Virus record (IMG/VR): IMGVR_UViG_3300010218_000018
Location: 1 to 43,240 of that record
DNA length: 43,240 nt
Strand: one strand, 5' to 3'
Origin: a virus
Taxonomy: Duplodnaviria; Caudoviricetes
Position 1 is the stretch's first letter, and every line of letters starts with the position of its first letter. The notes under the pieces are model-generated. The model was given only the letters and a program-made list of their open reading frames with translations. It did not search any database and had not been told where the DNA came from. Below, piece after piece: positions 7,307-17,003 of this stretch. Both the position numbers and the translations under genes were made by a program.

Positions 7307-9465
7307 ACCGTGAGCGCCTGCACCGCCGCATAGTTGGCGTTGAAGTAGGTCGCATTGCCGGTGTGGCGCTGGATGATCAGGCCGTAGGTTTTGCCCGGGA
7401 AGTCGAGCGACGTGCCCGAGGTCAGGAACATCAGGTTGTTCCAGAGCGAGTGCGACAGGTCCAAGTTCTCCATCGTCAGCACGTTCTGCCCGTTGTTGCA
7501 GAGCGCGGACCGAAGGGCCGTTCTGGTCGTTATGGCCGACCCCTTGTTGACTTTGACGGTAGCGCCTGAGGCGATCTGCGGCGAGTTGATCGGGGAAAGG
7601 GTCGCGCCTGATAGGATCAAAGCGTTGTGTCCGGTGGACCCCTTCGTCCCAAACGGAACCGACGTGACGCCTGTGGCGGTGGAGTTAACGCCCCAGATGA
7701 TGTCGCACTGGCCCAACGGCGTTGTGCGCCCGTTCAGCTTGTAGCGCGCCGTCGTGCTGGCGAGCCACTTATGCACGCCGTCGTCATTGTAGACCGCCGC
7801 CACTCCGCTATCGAGCGTCCAATATTGCGACGGGTTATTGGGGTCTTGGATGCGCCCGACGTTCTGCCCCGAAGCGGTAACTGGCGTGCTCGTGTCGGTC
7901 GTCTGGTAGAGCCACGCCTTGTCCACCGTGATCTGCACGATAATGGCGTCAGCGGTCGGATCAGCCTGATTGTACCAGTCGATCTTCGTGCCAGTGCTCG
8001 TCGCAGCGTTGCGCAGCAGAAACGTGCTATGATCGTAATCATAGAGATAGCTCGGGATGCCGCCGGAGCTGCCGATTGTGTAATCCTGGTTTGGATTGCC
8101 ATTCGCGTTGAGCATCGTCCAGTCGGAGATGTGCAGGTCATTGTCCGAGTTGAACAAGCTGAACATCGTGGCCGTGCTCTTGTTCGCGTTGAAGTAGCCC
8201 TGAAGGCCGGAGCATCCGAAAACGCCATCAACGAGCGGAGGGAGGGAGCCGATATAGGTCTGGCTGTCGAAGAAGGTCGTGCCGACGTGGAGCGAACCAA
8301 GCTTGGGGCCATGCATCGTCCACGCCTGATCACCAGTGCCGCCGATACCGCCGCCCTGACCCAGCACACAGTTGATTGTGACGCCGCAGACGCCGCCCGC
8401 GCTGTCGAAATCGACCACATCCTGCGCCTGCAGATTGGAGCCGATCAAGGCTGCATCCTTAGCAACGAAGGTGCCGTAACACTTTATGACCTGATCGCTG
8501 TTGGTCACGGTCGCGCCGCCCGTGCCGTCGTAGGTATTGTTCGCGCCCTGACCGAGCGCGCCGCCCTTCTCCATGATGAGGGTTGCCGGGTTGCTCGGAC
8601 TACCGATCGTGCGCTCTTTGCCGCCACACCAGAAGATGCCGTAGCTGTAGATCGTCGCGCCATTGCCGACGGCAAGAGGCGTCTGAGATGCCAGCGTGTC
8701 CGTGCCTGAGATGTAATTCCGCCACGCCAGTACGGTTCTGTTGGAAGCATTTGTCCCGAACGAGTTCGTCAGGTCGCGGCCCGAAGCTGCGCCAAGCACA
8801 CTCGCGGAAGTCTTAGGGACGTAAACGCCAGGACGGCCATTGCTTTGGCGGGTGGCGATGTCCGTGACAGCGGACCAGCAGTGCTGTGCCACCATCGGGT
8901 AGTTTCGCAGCGAAGAGGGGTACGTCTCAGCCAAGTCGATGAAGCCATAGACGTAGTAAGTTCCGCCGCCGTTGAGCGTCACCGTCTGACGGCCGCCTGA
9001 GGGAGTGCCCCAGCTCGCTACGTCGGCATTCGTCAGGAACGGGCCGCAGAATACCGTGTCGGCGGTGGTGGCCTCGAATGACACCGACTTCGGCGTCGTG
9101 CCCGCGTCGACACACGGATAGTGGCCCGGAGCAACCATAATCCGTTGCCCAGCAACCGCTACATCGTATGCCTTCTGCAGGGTGGCATAGGGGTTGCCGC
9201 TCGTGCCATCGCCAGTCGTGTCGCTGCCCGTGGTCGCGACGTAAATCTGCGTGCCGGTTGGTCGGAACGTGGAGGTGAGATAGGTCGTACCCCAGCGCGT
9301 CGCGGCGGTGATCGCCGCCGGGTTATAAGTGAGCTGAACCGGAAGAGTGCTCGCGGCGTCGAAGAACATCGGCGGAGGAGTCCGGCGAAGCAGCGCGGCT
9401 CCACCCGCAGCAGCCGGCCGCGCGCGCGCAGCCACCGCCGTAATTCCGCAGCCCGCACCAATCAT
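7303..9465 (-). CDS. Spike/fibre protein with DUF1565/pectate-lyase-like beta-helix; possible head-spike fibre
   Basis: IYVATTGSDTTGDGTSGNPYATLQKA..V.PG.Y beta-helix cap; G/T/S/N-rich; GhsB-like N-terminus MIGAGCGI. Confidence 0.75.
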   Translation of the reverse strand: MIGAGCGITAVAARARPAAAGGAALLRRTPPPMFFDAASTLPVQLTYNPAAITAATRWGTTYLTSTFRPTGTQIYVATTGSDTTGDGTSGNPYATLQKAYDVAVAGQRIMVAPGHYPCVDAGTTPKSVSFEATTADTVFCGPFLTNADVASWGTPSGGRQTVTLNGGGTYYVYGFIDLAETYPSSLRNYPMVAQHCWSAVTDIATRQSNGRPGVYVPKTSASVLGAASGRDLTNSFGTNASNRTVLAWRNYISGTDTLASQTPLAVGNGATIYSYGIFWCGGKERTIGSPSNPATLIMEKGGALGQGANNTYDGTGGATVTNSDQVIKCYGTFVAKDAALIGSNLQAQDVVDFDSAGGVCGVTINCVLGQGGGIGGTGDQAWTMHGPKLGSLHVGTTFFDSQTYIGSLPPLVDGVFGCSGLQGYFNANKSTATMFSLFNSDNDLHISDWTMLNANGNPNQDYTIGSSGGIPSYLYDYDHSTFLLRNAATSTGTKIDWYNQADPTADAIIVQITVDKAWLYQTTDTSTPVTASGQNVGRIQDPNNPSQYWTLDSGVAAVYNDDGVHKWLASTTARYKLNGRTTPLGQCDIIWGVNSTATGVTSVPFGTKGSTGHNALILSGATLSPINSPQIASGATVKVNKGSAITTRTALRSALCNNGQNVLTMENLDLSHSLWNNLMFLTSGTSLDFPGKTYGLIIQRHTGNATYFNANYAAVQALTV

Positions 9466-9528
9466 GCGCGCACCCGCGCGCCGCAAAGCAGCGTGTCCAT
9501 AGAGCGGTTCCTTCAGATTATGGGTTGG

Positions 9529-9900
9529 CTAGCCGCGGGTGACCGAGACGGGGAGGCCGCCGCCGTGGGCGTTGACGTCGTAGGTATTGCCGCCGGAATC
9601 GGTGATGACCGAATTCAGTGTCCCGCTTGCGACCATGCCCGATGTGGTCAGGCCGCTGAAATCGATCGGTGTGCCCTGGGAGGAGGGAAACTCGATGCTT
9701 AGACCAGCATGGGCGCCAACCCAGCTGTGGGCATAGTTATATGGCGGCACGCCGCCGGTGACGGTCGCGCCGAACGTGCCCGTCATCGTTCCCGAGGCGG
9801 TCAGGACAATTTGGTCCGTGGAGCCGCCCGAAAGGAAGAGCGAGACGGAAAGCGGAGCGATGGGCGCGCCGGATGCCGCCGCGCAAAGCGCGCCGCTCAT
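9529..9900 (-). CDS. Tail fibre-associated small beta-rich protein (adhesin/Ig-like)
   Basis: TGATG coupling to the fibre gene; VTGGVPPYNY..W motif. Confidence 0.6.
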   Translation of the reverse strand: MSGALCAAASGAPIAPLSVSLFLSGGSTDQIVLTASGTMTGTFGATVTGGVPPYNYAHSWVGAHAGLSIEFPSSQGTPIDFSGLTTSGMVASGTLNSVITDSGGNTYDVNAHGGGLPVSVTRG

Positions 9901-10742
9901 CAGGTGAGGTCCCCCCTGCAGAACCACGTATCAGTAAGGGCGCCGCTGACGGTCGCCGAACCGAACCCGCGCGCCTTGATGGTGCGGGTGCCGGTCAGGG
10001 AGGTGCCGCTCTGGTAAAGGTTGGTGCTTGCCGCGGGGCTCAGCGACTTGGTGGCGTTCGCGACCTCCTGCCAGACGATCGTGTCGCCCGCCTGGAACTG
10101 CGAACCGGCGCCCAGCGTCGAGTTTCGCGGCAGGATCAGGGCCCCGCCTGCGGCGATCTCGAGCAGACACCCGACGTCATCGACCGTGACCGTATAGCTG
10201 GTGCTGATCGTCTTTGTGGGCATGCCCTTGAAGCCGATGAAGCGGTCGGTGCCGGCGGCATCCTTGACCGTTGATCCTGCCGCCAGATTGCGCGGCGTGC
10301 TGTCGGAAAGAACAGCCCCGCCGAGGCTTACTACCCAGTCGGTGAAGGTACCGCTACCGCCCGTGCGTTGGACCGTGACGACCATGATGCCGGTCACGCT
10401 GTCGTAGCTCTTGATCGGGCCGATCATGTAATTCAGCACGTTGGCGCTGCTCGCGACCTGGACCCATTGCCCCTTTACGAAGGCCTTGCTGGTCTGAATC
10501 GTCAGCGTCTTGTCGCCGAGGCCGATCGTGACGCTCGTGGAGCTCGTGCCGTTGGAACCGGGCGCATTGACCGCGCTCGCGGCCGAAGAGGCGGCGGAAG
10601 CGGCATCAGTGCTCACCTGCGTCGCAAGGGCGTTCGCCTCTGTTCCGAACGTCGGGAGTGCGCCCAAGAAGGCGTCTGCACGCGCGGCGAAGTTCACCGC
10701 GTCGTCCCGCGACGGCGGAGTCGGTAGTGCTGTGATAGCCAT
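9900..10742 (-). CDS. Tail fibre protein
   Basis: MAITALPTPPSR..NF..RADAF N-terminus typical of siphophage fibres; position after the tail-tip gene. Confidence 0.75.
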   Translation of the reverse strand: MAITALPTPPSRDDAVNFAARADAFLGALPTFGTEANALATQVSTDAASAASSAASAVNAPGSNGTSSTSVTIGLGDKTLTIQTSKAFVKGQWVQVASSANVLNYMIGPIKSYDSVTGIMVVTVQRTGGSGTFTDWVVSLGGAVLSDSTPRNLAAGSTVKDAAGTDRFIGFKGMPTKTISTSYTVTVDDVGCLLEIAAGGALILPRNSTLGAGSQFQAGDTIVWQEVANATKSLSPAASTNLYQSGTSLTGTRTIKARGFGSATVSGALTDTWFCRGDLT

Positions 10743-10754
10743 GAGGCGCTCCGG

Positions 10755-11807
10755 TTAGATGAGACCCTCGACCGTCATCGAACAGTAGGCGAGGTTCGAG
10801 TAAGCAATGTCGAAGGAGAAGTCTTTGAAAAAGCCATAGATTGTGAGGCTGTCGAAGCCCTCTTCGCCGATGTAGAGGACCGGGATCGCGCGCAGCTTCG
10901 CGAGCTCGCGCTGCATTGCATCGACCTGTCCGGTGTCCAGGATGCAGCGGATTTCCATCCGCTTCGACCAGGGCCGCTCCACCACCGACGTCACACCGAA
11001 GCTATCGGTGCTCTTGGCGCTGTAATCCGTGATCCCAACCGATGCGCCGACCTCAGTGGACCCGATTTCCAGGGCCCGCCCGACGATGATCGTGCCAACT
11101 GACACCGTGGCATTCGGGTCAGCGGCGGTCAGGGTGACCGAGACCGTCGCCGAAGGATAGGCAGGCGGCAGGTCGAGGAAGGTGAGGGCGGTCCGCTTAC
11201 CGATCGGCTCGAAGAAATAGAGGAACCAGTCGTCGATCACAGACCCGCCCACGTTGGTGGACTGCGTCTTGGAATAGACGACCGTCGAGCCGTTGGTCAT
11301 GGTGACGGTCACCGTCTCGGCATTCGTGTCTAGGATTCCGACGCTGTCCGTGGCCCCAGGCGTCAGCACGACGTTGATGGCCCCGGTTTCCGTGCTGGCG
11401 GTGCCGACCACGCGATCGAACATGGACCAGCGATTCGTCGGGCCAATGTCGGTCCACCAGAGGGCGTCCGTCAGCGGATGGCCGGTATTGGCCGCCTGGA
11501 CGCTCTGGTAGCGCCGGTGCGTGGTCGAGCTGCTGACGATCACGTCCTTCGCGTAGGTCGTGCCCGAATTATACGCCGCATAGGTCGTCGCGACCTTTCG
11601 CCACCAGGTGGGAGACGAGGCGGGGGCGTGGTTCGTATTGCTCGCCTGCAGGCTCTGATAGACGTCAATCACCGTGCCGGTAGCCACGTCCACCCGAGCC
11701 CCAACCGCATAGGTGGTCGCGCTGCTCCAAGCGGTTCCCGCACCCTCGGGCACGTCGCTGCTGGTCAGCATGGCATCGGTGATGACGGTGGGGCGGATCA
11801 GTTTCAT
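10755..11807 (-). CDS. Distal tail/tail-tip protein with two CBM5/12-like inserts
   Basis: Follows the tape measure gene; AWSSATTYAVG...YQSLQASNTNHAP..WW and AYNSGTTYAKD...YQSVQAANTGHP..WW repeats. Confidence 0.7.
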   Translation of the reverse strand: MKLIRPTVITDAMLTSSDVPEGAGTAWSSATTYAVGARVDVATGTVIDVYQSLQASNTNHAPASSPTWWRKVATTYAAYNSGTTYAKDVIVSSSTTHRRYQSVQAANTGHPLTDALWWTDIGPTNRWSMFDRVVGTASTETGAINVVLTPGATDSVGILDTNAETVTVTMTNGSTVVYSKTQSTNVGGSVIDDWFLYFFEPIGKRTALTFLDLPPAYPSATVSVTLTAADPNATVSVGTIIVGRALEIGSTEVGASVGITDYSAKSTDSFGVTSVVERPWSKRMEIRCILDTGQVDAMQRELAKLRAIPVLYIGEEGFDSLTIYGFFKDFSFDIAYSNLAYCSMTVEGLI

Positions 11808-14800
11808 GCGACGAGAGCCGTGTTGATGGTCTGCTCGCCGTTGGTGACGTCATCGAGCGTCTTGGCGGTCTTCTTGGTGTGGCCAGCGATCGCCGCCAGC
11901 CCGGTGCGAAGATCCGCGCGCAAGCCCTGAACCTCCGCCTTGAGGCTGGCCGTCTCGTTCGCTGGTGCTGCGGGCGCGTAGCTGTTCCACCATGCAGCGC
12001 CATCGGCCGCGCTGGTGTCCGGCCCGAGCACGCGCGACGTTGCCGCGCTCGATGCCGCGGTCGCCGCGTTGATCATCGCGAGCGTCTGCTCGAGGCTCGC
12101 GGCGGCCTGCGCCTGCACCCGGTCCAGTTCCTGCCGGCTGGTTGCCACAAGCGCGGCCGCGTCCAGCATTTCCTTCGACAGCTCGGGGAGGCTCTTGGCC
12201 GCGTTCTGGTCGCCGTGGCGCGCGGCGTCCGTCGACGCGTTGAACTGCGCGAGCAGCGAGGCATAGCTCTGCGTTCCGCCGTTGCCGGTGAGGCCGCGGA
12301 TGCGGTCGATTTCCTGCTCGATCGTCTCACCGATCGACTGCCACGCCTGGCGCAGCTGGTCGGTCTTCTGGGCGGCGGCCTGGGCAGCGGCGGCGGCTTC
12401 CTGCGCCGCCTGTGCCGCAGCTTGTTCGGCCTGCGCGGCAGCATCGGCGGCGGCCTGCTGGTCCTGCAGCGCGTAGATCTGCTCTTGCAGGGCGCGGTTC
12501 GACGGATCGAGCTTGGCCAGTTCGGCGGCCCGGATGGCGGCGGTGTCACCCTGCATCTCGAGCAGCTTCATCTGCAGGTCGTTGCGCTCGCGCAGGATGG
12601 CTGCGGCGGAGGTCGCATCTTGGGCCGCGGTCGAAATCTGCGCGAAGGCCGGCGCCAGCTGGATCAGCATGGCGTAGGTCTGCTGCCCGGCGGCAGTGGT
12701 CAGGTCCTGCGCATCGACGAGCGCGCGATACGCGGCGATGTTCGCCGGCATCGTCAGCCCGAGCGATGTGAAGGCGTCGCCCAGCTGCTTCGTCTTGATC
12801 GCGGCCTGCTCTTCGGTGGTGTAGAACGTCTCGAAATAGGCCTGCGTGGCCGACTTCATGGCGTCGACGCTGTCGAACAGGCCAGCGAGGGCCATGCTGG
12901 CGTCGATGCCGAGCGACTTGCTGGTGAGGCCCAGCATGTTGAGTTCGCTGGTGACCGTCTCGACCGTGGAGGCCACGCGGGTCAGCGTCTCGAACGCACC
13001 TTCGCCAACCTGCTGGAATTTGACGATCTCCGGGAACACGCCGGACGCCATCTGGTCGGCGGCGGCGCCAAAGACGGCTTCCAGCTTCTTCTGGATATCG
13101 TCACCGCTAAGGCCGGTGAAGTCGATCTTGCCGATCGATACGATGAAGCTGTCGAGCTGGTGCTCAACATCGGCGGTCGACTTGCCAAGCGGCACAGCGG
13201 CCGCGCCGATCGCATCATAGAACGACTTGAGGATCAGCCCGAACTGATCGGCAACCTGCTGGTCGGCCGCGCCGTACTGCGTGCTGTACTTCGTGCCTGT
13301 GGTGAACCCGAGGAATTTCTTCTTCTTCTGAATGTCCGCGTAGGTCTGCAGGTCGAAGCCATTGCTCAGGATCGAGCCTAGGTTCTGGGAAGCGCCGAAG
13401 ATGCCGCTGCCGACGATGCTGGTCTTCGTGCCGAACAAGGACTTCACGATGCCCTGCAGGCCGCTGAGGACGTCGCCAATGATCGGGATCTTCCGAATGA
13501 TCGGCCCAAGTAGGAGCCCGGCGGGTCCGGCGATCGAGTCGAGCATCGTATTCGACAGCGAACTGTTGAAGCCCGTCCGCACGCCCGCCGTCGCGCCGCT
13601 GATGTTTCCGGTGCGCACGAGCAGGGATGCCAGGCCGCCGATATTGCTCTCGATCGACTTGAGCGAGGCGGCCATCTGGGCGCTGTACTGCATAGTGATG
13701 CGGTCGATGTCGCCCAGCGCTTCGATGCTGTTCTTGATCGAGGCTGAGGCCATGTCGCTGGCGCCTAGGACAGTGCCCTTGCCCTGATTGGATGCCGGAA
13801 GACTGCCGCCGCTGCCGCCCCCGCTGAACCCAAGCGAGGCCATAACGGCCAGCATCGCGCCGACTGCGGGGAAGGCGAGCGGGCCCAGGGTCGCGAACAT
13901 GCGGGCAGCGCCGCCGGCGACGTCTACAGCCGTACGTGCGAGCTGAATGATGGTCAGCGCCTTTTCGGCAGCGGCCATCGCCTTGTAGCCCTTGCTGTGC
14001 TCGGAGAAGAGGTTCTTCGCCGCGTCGGTGATGCCGATAAGCGAATTGAGCTGGAGCGCCGCAGACTGCTTCGCCAACTGGTCCAGCTTCTGCTGGTCGT
14101 TGCCGGCGAGCTTCTTCTGCTGATCGATCTCGGCCTGCCGCTTACCGTACTCGCCGAGAATGGTGATCGCATCGCCGATCGAGCGACCGACATTTCCCCA
14201 GGACGAGTAGAGGCCGTCAGCGGCATCGCGGATCCGGTCGACCGTATCGTTCCAGCGATCCATTTCGTCATTGGCCGCCTGCTCGGCCAGTTTGACCTCG
14301 TCGAGGCCGTCGACGTAGCTGTTCAGGAACGCCAGCACGGGCGCCATGTTCGGGCGGATCGGCGTGTCGAGCCTGTCCATGAGCGCGGCGACTTCGCGAT
14401 ACTGGCTGGCGATCGCCTCAAGGCGGCCGGAATCGATGTCAGCCCCGATGTCGTGCTCTTTTTTCGCCTTCTTCGGCGTGCGATCGGCGATGATCGCATC
14501 GGCCAGCTTCTTCACGCGAGCGCGCGCGGTGGCGTTGATGTTCTCGAACAGCTTGTCACTAAGGGCGGTCAGCCCTTTCAGTCCCTCGGCATATGCCTTC
14601 GCATAGTCGGCGCCAGCGACCTTGCCGGCCTTCTCAGCAGCACCCGCATAGGCATTCTGCATGCGCGCCAGAGCGACGTGATCGACCGTTCCGAACAGAT
14701 TGAGGCCGGTCAGCTTGTTCGCACCCGCGCCGAGCGCATTGATGCTGTCGATCGATTTGTTGAGCAGGAATTCGATCGTGGAAGCGGCGCCGTTAACAGC

Positions 14801-15520
14801 CTGCGCGAATAGGTCGCCGAGCACCGCTGGCCACTGCCGCCAAGTGTCGACGATCATCCGATAGCCGCCGACGAAGGTGGAATAGACGGACGCGCCGATC
14901 GCCTTGAAGGTGTCCACCGCCCAATCGGCAGCCTCCCCCAGCAGCTTCTTCGCGTTGCCGAGAGGTCGGCTTAGGTCGAGGGCATCGACAAGCGTCTTCC
15001 ATGTGCCCTTGATGATGTCGCCCGTGGTGACGCTCACGTCACCCAGCTTCTTCATCTCGGCATGGGTCAGGCCGAGGCTCTTGGAATAGGTCTTGAGGCC
15101 GTCGTCGTCCGAAATCCGGGCCTTGAATAGCTCAAACCCGGCAACCGCGACGCCGATCGCTCCGAGCAGCGGCGCAAAGCGAAGTGCGAGCGCGCCGACC
15201 TCCATGGCGAAGCCCTTGAGTCCTCCCTGCGCCATTTGCGCGACCTGGACGACCTGCAAGCCCTGCTGAATCAGGATCGTCATCGGCTTCTGGCCAGTGG
15301 CCAGGCCCGAGATGACGTCAGGGATCTGCGCGAAGCTCATGCGCATGGCCTGCGAGGTCTTCGTCACCCGGCCCATGTTGTCGTTCATGGCGGCCAGGCT
15401 GCGCCCCATGCCGCCGGTGGCAGTGCCGACGGCGCGCTCGGCTTGATCCATATCGGACTTCAGCTTGGCGAGGTTGGTGATGAAGTCGATCTCGAGGGAG
15501 CCGGCGCTCTGTGCTCGCAT
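11804..15520 (-). CDS. Tape measure protein
   Basis: 1238 aa, Ala/Gly-rich and helical; DVISGLATGQKPMTILIQQG (lambda TMP_2-like); follows the tail chaperones. Confidence 0.92.
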   Translation of the reverse strand: MRAQSAGSLEIDFITNLAKLKSDMDQAERAVGTATGGMGRSLAAMNDNMGRVTKTSQAMRMSFAQIPDVISGLATGQKPMTILIQQGLQVVQVAQMAQGGLKGFAMEVGALALRFAPLLGAIGVAVAGFELFKARISDDDGLKTYSKSLGLTHAEMKKLGDVSVTTGDIIKGTWKTLVDALDLSRPLGNAKKLLGEAADWAVDTFKAIGASVYSTFVGGYRMIVDTWRQWPAVLGDLFAQAVNGAASTIEFLLNKSIDSINALGAGANKLTGLNLFGTVDHVALARMQNAYAGAAEKAGKVAGADYAKAYAEGLKGLTALSDKLFENINATARARVKKLADAIIADRTPKKAKKEHDIGADIDSGRLEAIASQYREVAALMDRLDTPIRPNMAPVLAFLNSYVDGLDEVKLAEQAANDEMDRWNDTVDRIRDAADGLYSSWGNVGRSIGDAITILGEYGKRQAEIDQQKKLAGNDQQKLDQLAKQSAALQLNSLIGITDAAKNLFSEHSKGYKAMAAAEKALTIIQLARTAVDVAGGAARMFATLGPLAFPAVGAMLAVMASLGFSGGGSGGSLPASNQGKGTVLGASDMASASIKNSIEALGDIDRITMQYSAQMAASLKSIESNIGGLASLLVRTGNISGATAGVRTGFNSSLSNTMLDSIAGPAGLLLGPIIRKIPIIGDVLSGLQGIVKSLFGTKTSIVGSGIFGASQNLGSILSNGFDLQTYADIQKKKKFLGFTTGTKYSTQYGAADQQVADQFGLILKSFYDAIGAAAVPLGKSTADVEHQLDSFIVSIGKIDFTGLSGDDIQKKLEAVFGAAADQMASGVFPEIVKFQQVGEGAFETLTRVASTVETVTSELNMLGLTSKSLGIDASMALAGLFDSVDAMKSATQAYFETFYTTEEQAAIKTKQLGDAFTSLGLTMPANIAAYRALVDAQDLTTAAGQQTYAMLIQLAPAFAQISTAAQDATSAAAILRERNDLQMKLLEMQGDTAAIRAAELAKLDPSNRALQEQIYALQDQQAAADAAAQAEQAAAQAAQEAAAAAQAAAQKTDQLRQAWQSIGETIEQEIDRIRGLTGNGGTQSYASLLAQFNASTDAARHGDQNAAKSLPELSKEMLDAAALVATSRQELDRVQAQAAASLEQTLAMINAATAASSAATSRVLGPDTSAADGAAWWNSYAPAAPANETASLKAEVQGLRADLRTGLAAIAGHTKKTAKTLDDVTNGEQTINTALVA

Positions 15521-15531
15521 GCCGCCCTCCC

Positions 15532-15562
15532 AAAAGAAAAGGGCGGCCCGTTAGGACCGCCC
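15532..15562 (-). terminator. Intrinsic terminator upstream of the tape measure gene
   Basis: GGGCGGTCC-TAAC-GGGCCGCCC-TTTTCTTTT on the minus strand. Confidence 0.7.
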
Positions 15563-15603
15563 GCTTTCGCCGGCCGCGAGGCCAGCCTTGAAACCTCAGC
15601 CCG

Positions 15604-16026
15604 CTAGAAAGCGCGCTGCCCTGCCTCAATTGCCCTGCAGGTGCCGAAGAACCTGCCGAGTATGCCTTCGACCGATACCGAACCGCTTTTCCGGTCGATG
15701 TGCAGCCGCGGCTTTGCATTCGGCCCAAGGTTCACCAGCCCGTCGATCGCGTTGGGCCCGACATCCAGGTTTATCACCTCGGCCCATCCATCGTGCACGC
15801 GCGAGAACATCGGAAAGAACTTCCGCGGCACGCGCGCCCGTCCGGCCGCGCCGTTGATCTCGACGTCGACCTGATCCGGTATCTGCTGATGCTCCTTGGC
15901 AGGGCCGAAGAAGCCCGCCGTGGTTGTAGTATTGTCCAGGCTGCCGGGACAGGTCAGCCTGAGATTGACTATCTCCGCCTCACCCGGCGCGGCAGCAAGC
16001 AAGCCCAATAGAATCAAAGCCCTCAT
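15604..16026 (-). CDS. Secreted/periplasmic protein (moron-like)
   Basis: Signal peptide MRALILLGLLAAAPGEA; two Cys; own terminator; sits between the chaperone and tape measure genes. Confidence 0.7.
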   Translation of the reverse strand: MRALILLGLLAAAPGEAEIVNLRLTCPGSLDNTTTTAGFFGPAKEHQQIPDQVDVEINGAAGRARVPRKFFPMFSRVHDGWAEVINLDVGPNAIDGLVNLGPNAKPRLHIDRKSGSVSVEGILGRFFGTCRAIEAGQRAF

Positions 16027-16050
16027 ATCGGTCCCCTTCCGGAACCGATC

Positions 16051-16530
16051 TTATGCGGCCTGCCTGTTGCGCGCCATACCGCCGAACAGGTCCTTGATTT
16101 TGGCGGAAATCGCGTGCCGCTCTTCTTCCGTCCGCTGCCCCCACGGTGCCGGACAATCGGGCTCTCGCGCCTTTCGGGACTGGTCCAGATAGTCAGCCGA
16201 GAGGCGGCGGATCAGGCGGGCCTGCCAGGGCGGCAGTTCGATCCCCGTCTGCTCCTGCCAATGTCTCATCGTCGTCCAGCTGACCGGCGCTGCGTCCATC
16301 CCGCCGGGCTCTACGGGCCCCATCTCCATCAGGTATCTGATCAGATGCGGAGCCGGATTCGGCGGGAAGATCGGCTCTATGCCGTCCGCTTCCATCTTAG
16401 CGAACCTGCTCATCGGAGCAGGCGCATTGAGCGAAGGCTTCTCGCGCGGCTGCGGCGCTGTGCCGAGCCACGCGAGATACCTGACGTGAAGGCTCAGTTC
16501 GTCGCCGAGCCCTTCGTAAAATTTGACCAC
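16051..16530 (-). CDS. Tail assembly chaperone, gpT-like part (read by -1 frameshift)
   Basis: Overlaps the gpG-like ORF in the -1 frame; GP..GM...SW...W...G..L..W motif. Confidence 0.8.
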   Translation of the reverse strand: MVKFYEGLGDELSLHVRYLAWLGTAPQPREKPSLNAPAPMSRFAKMEADGIEPIFPPNPAPHLIRYLMEMGPVEPGGMDAAPVSWTTMRHWQEQTGIELPPWQARLIRRLSADYLDQSRKAREPDCPAPWGQRTEEERHAISAKIKDLFGGMARNRQAA

Positions 16531-16907
16531 TCGCCCGCGAAGTTGCGAACCTGCTGGCCGATATAGCCAAGGGTCGGGTCGGAGTAGACCGCCATCGCTA
16601 GCGCATTGCCCGACAGGCCATCATAGTCGAGGTTCTCGAACCGCACGGTGATCGACGCGAGGAAATCGGCATTGTCGGCCGACTTCTCATCGGCCGTCTT
16701 GTCCGCTTTACCCTTCTTCTTGAGCAGGTCGAGGCTGCGGTTCTCCTGCCGCGCGACCGCGGCGGAATACTGACGGGAGCCGGGGCCATAGACCCAGACG
16801 CCAACCTTGCGCGCTTCGGCGCCCTCGCCGTCGAACATGAGCTCGTCGTCTGCATCCCGTAGGTGCAGGAAGGCCGTCTCGATGGCCGCTTTCTTCTTGA
16901 TGTCCAC
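16494..16907 (-). CDS. Tail assembly chaperone, gpG-like
   Basis: Directly after the tail tube gene; GPGS..Y motif; ends at a slippery site. Confidence 0.8.
   Translation of the reverse strand: MDIKKKAAIETAFLHLRDADDELMFDGEGAEARKVGVWVYGPGSRQYSAAVARQENRSLDLLKKKGKADKTADEKSADNADFLASITVRFENLDYDGLSGNALAMAVYSDPTLGYIGQQVRNFAGEWSNFTKGSATN
16518..16524 (-). other. -1 programmed frameshift site A AAT TTT
   Basis: XXXYYYZ heptamer in the gpG frame; the -1 frame continues as YEGLGDELSL. Confidence 0.8.
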
Positions 16908-16914
16908 TTGATTT

Positions 16915-16975
16915 CACCTTTCGCAGGAAGGTGCACCGACCCGCCCGGACCCTGCGAGAGCGGGCGGGCCGATGC
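16915..16975 (-). ncRNA. Cis RNA structure: two hairpins with complementary loops covering the chaperone RBS
   Basis: 14-bp stem with two G-U pairs; loop TCGCAGG complementary to loop CCTGCGA of the ACCTT/AAGGT hairpin that contains the SD. Confidence 0.6.
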
Positions 16976-17003
16976 GCATTGACCGGCTGATGCCGGAATA
17001 GGG

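Noticed and set aside
7303-10742. Diversity-generating retroelement or invertible fibre cassette
   Set aside because: No reverse transcriptase, invertase or TR/VR repeat pair seen.
12380-12460. GCG/GCC-rich low-complexity repeat
   Set aside because: Simply encodes the Ala/Gln-rich helix of the tape measure protein.
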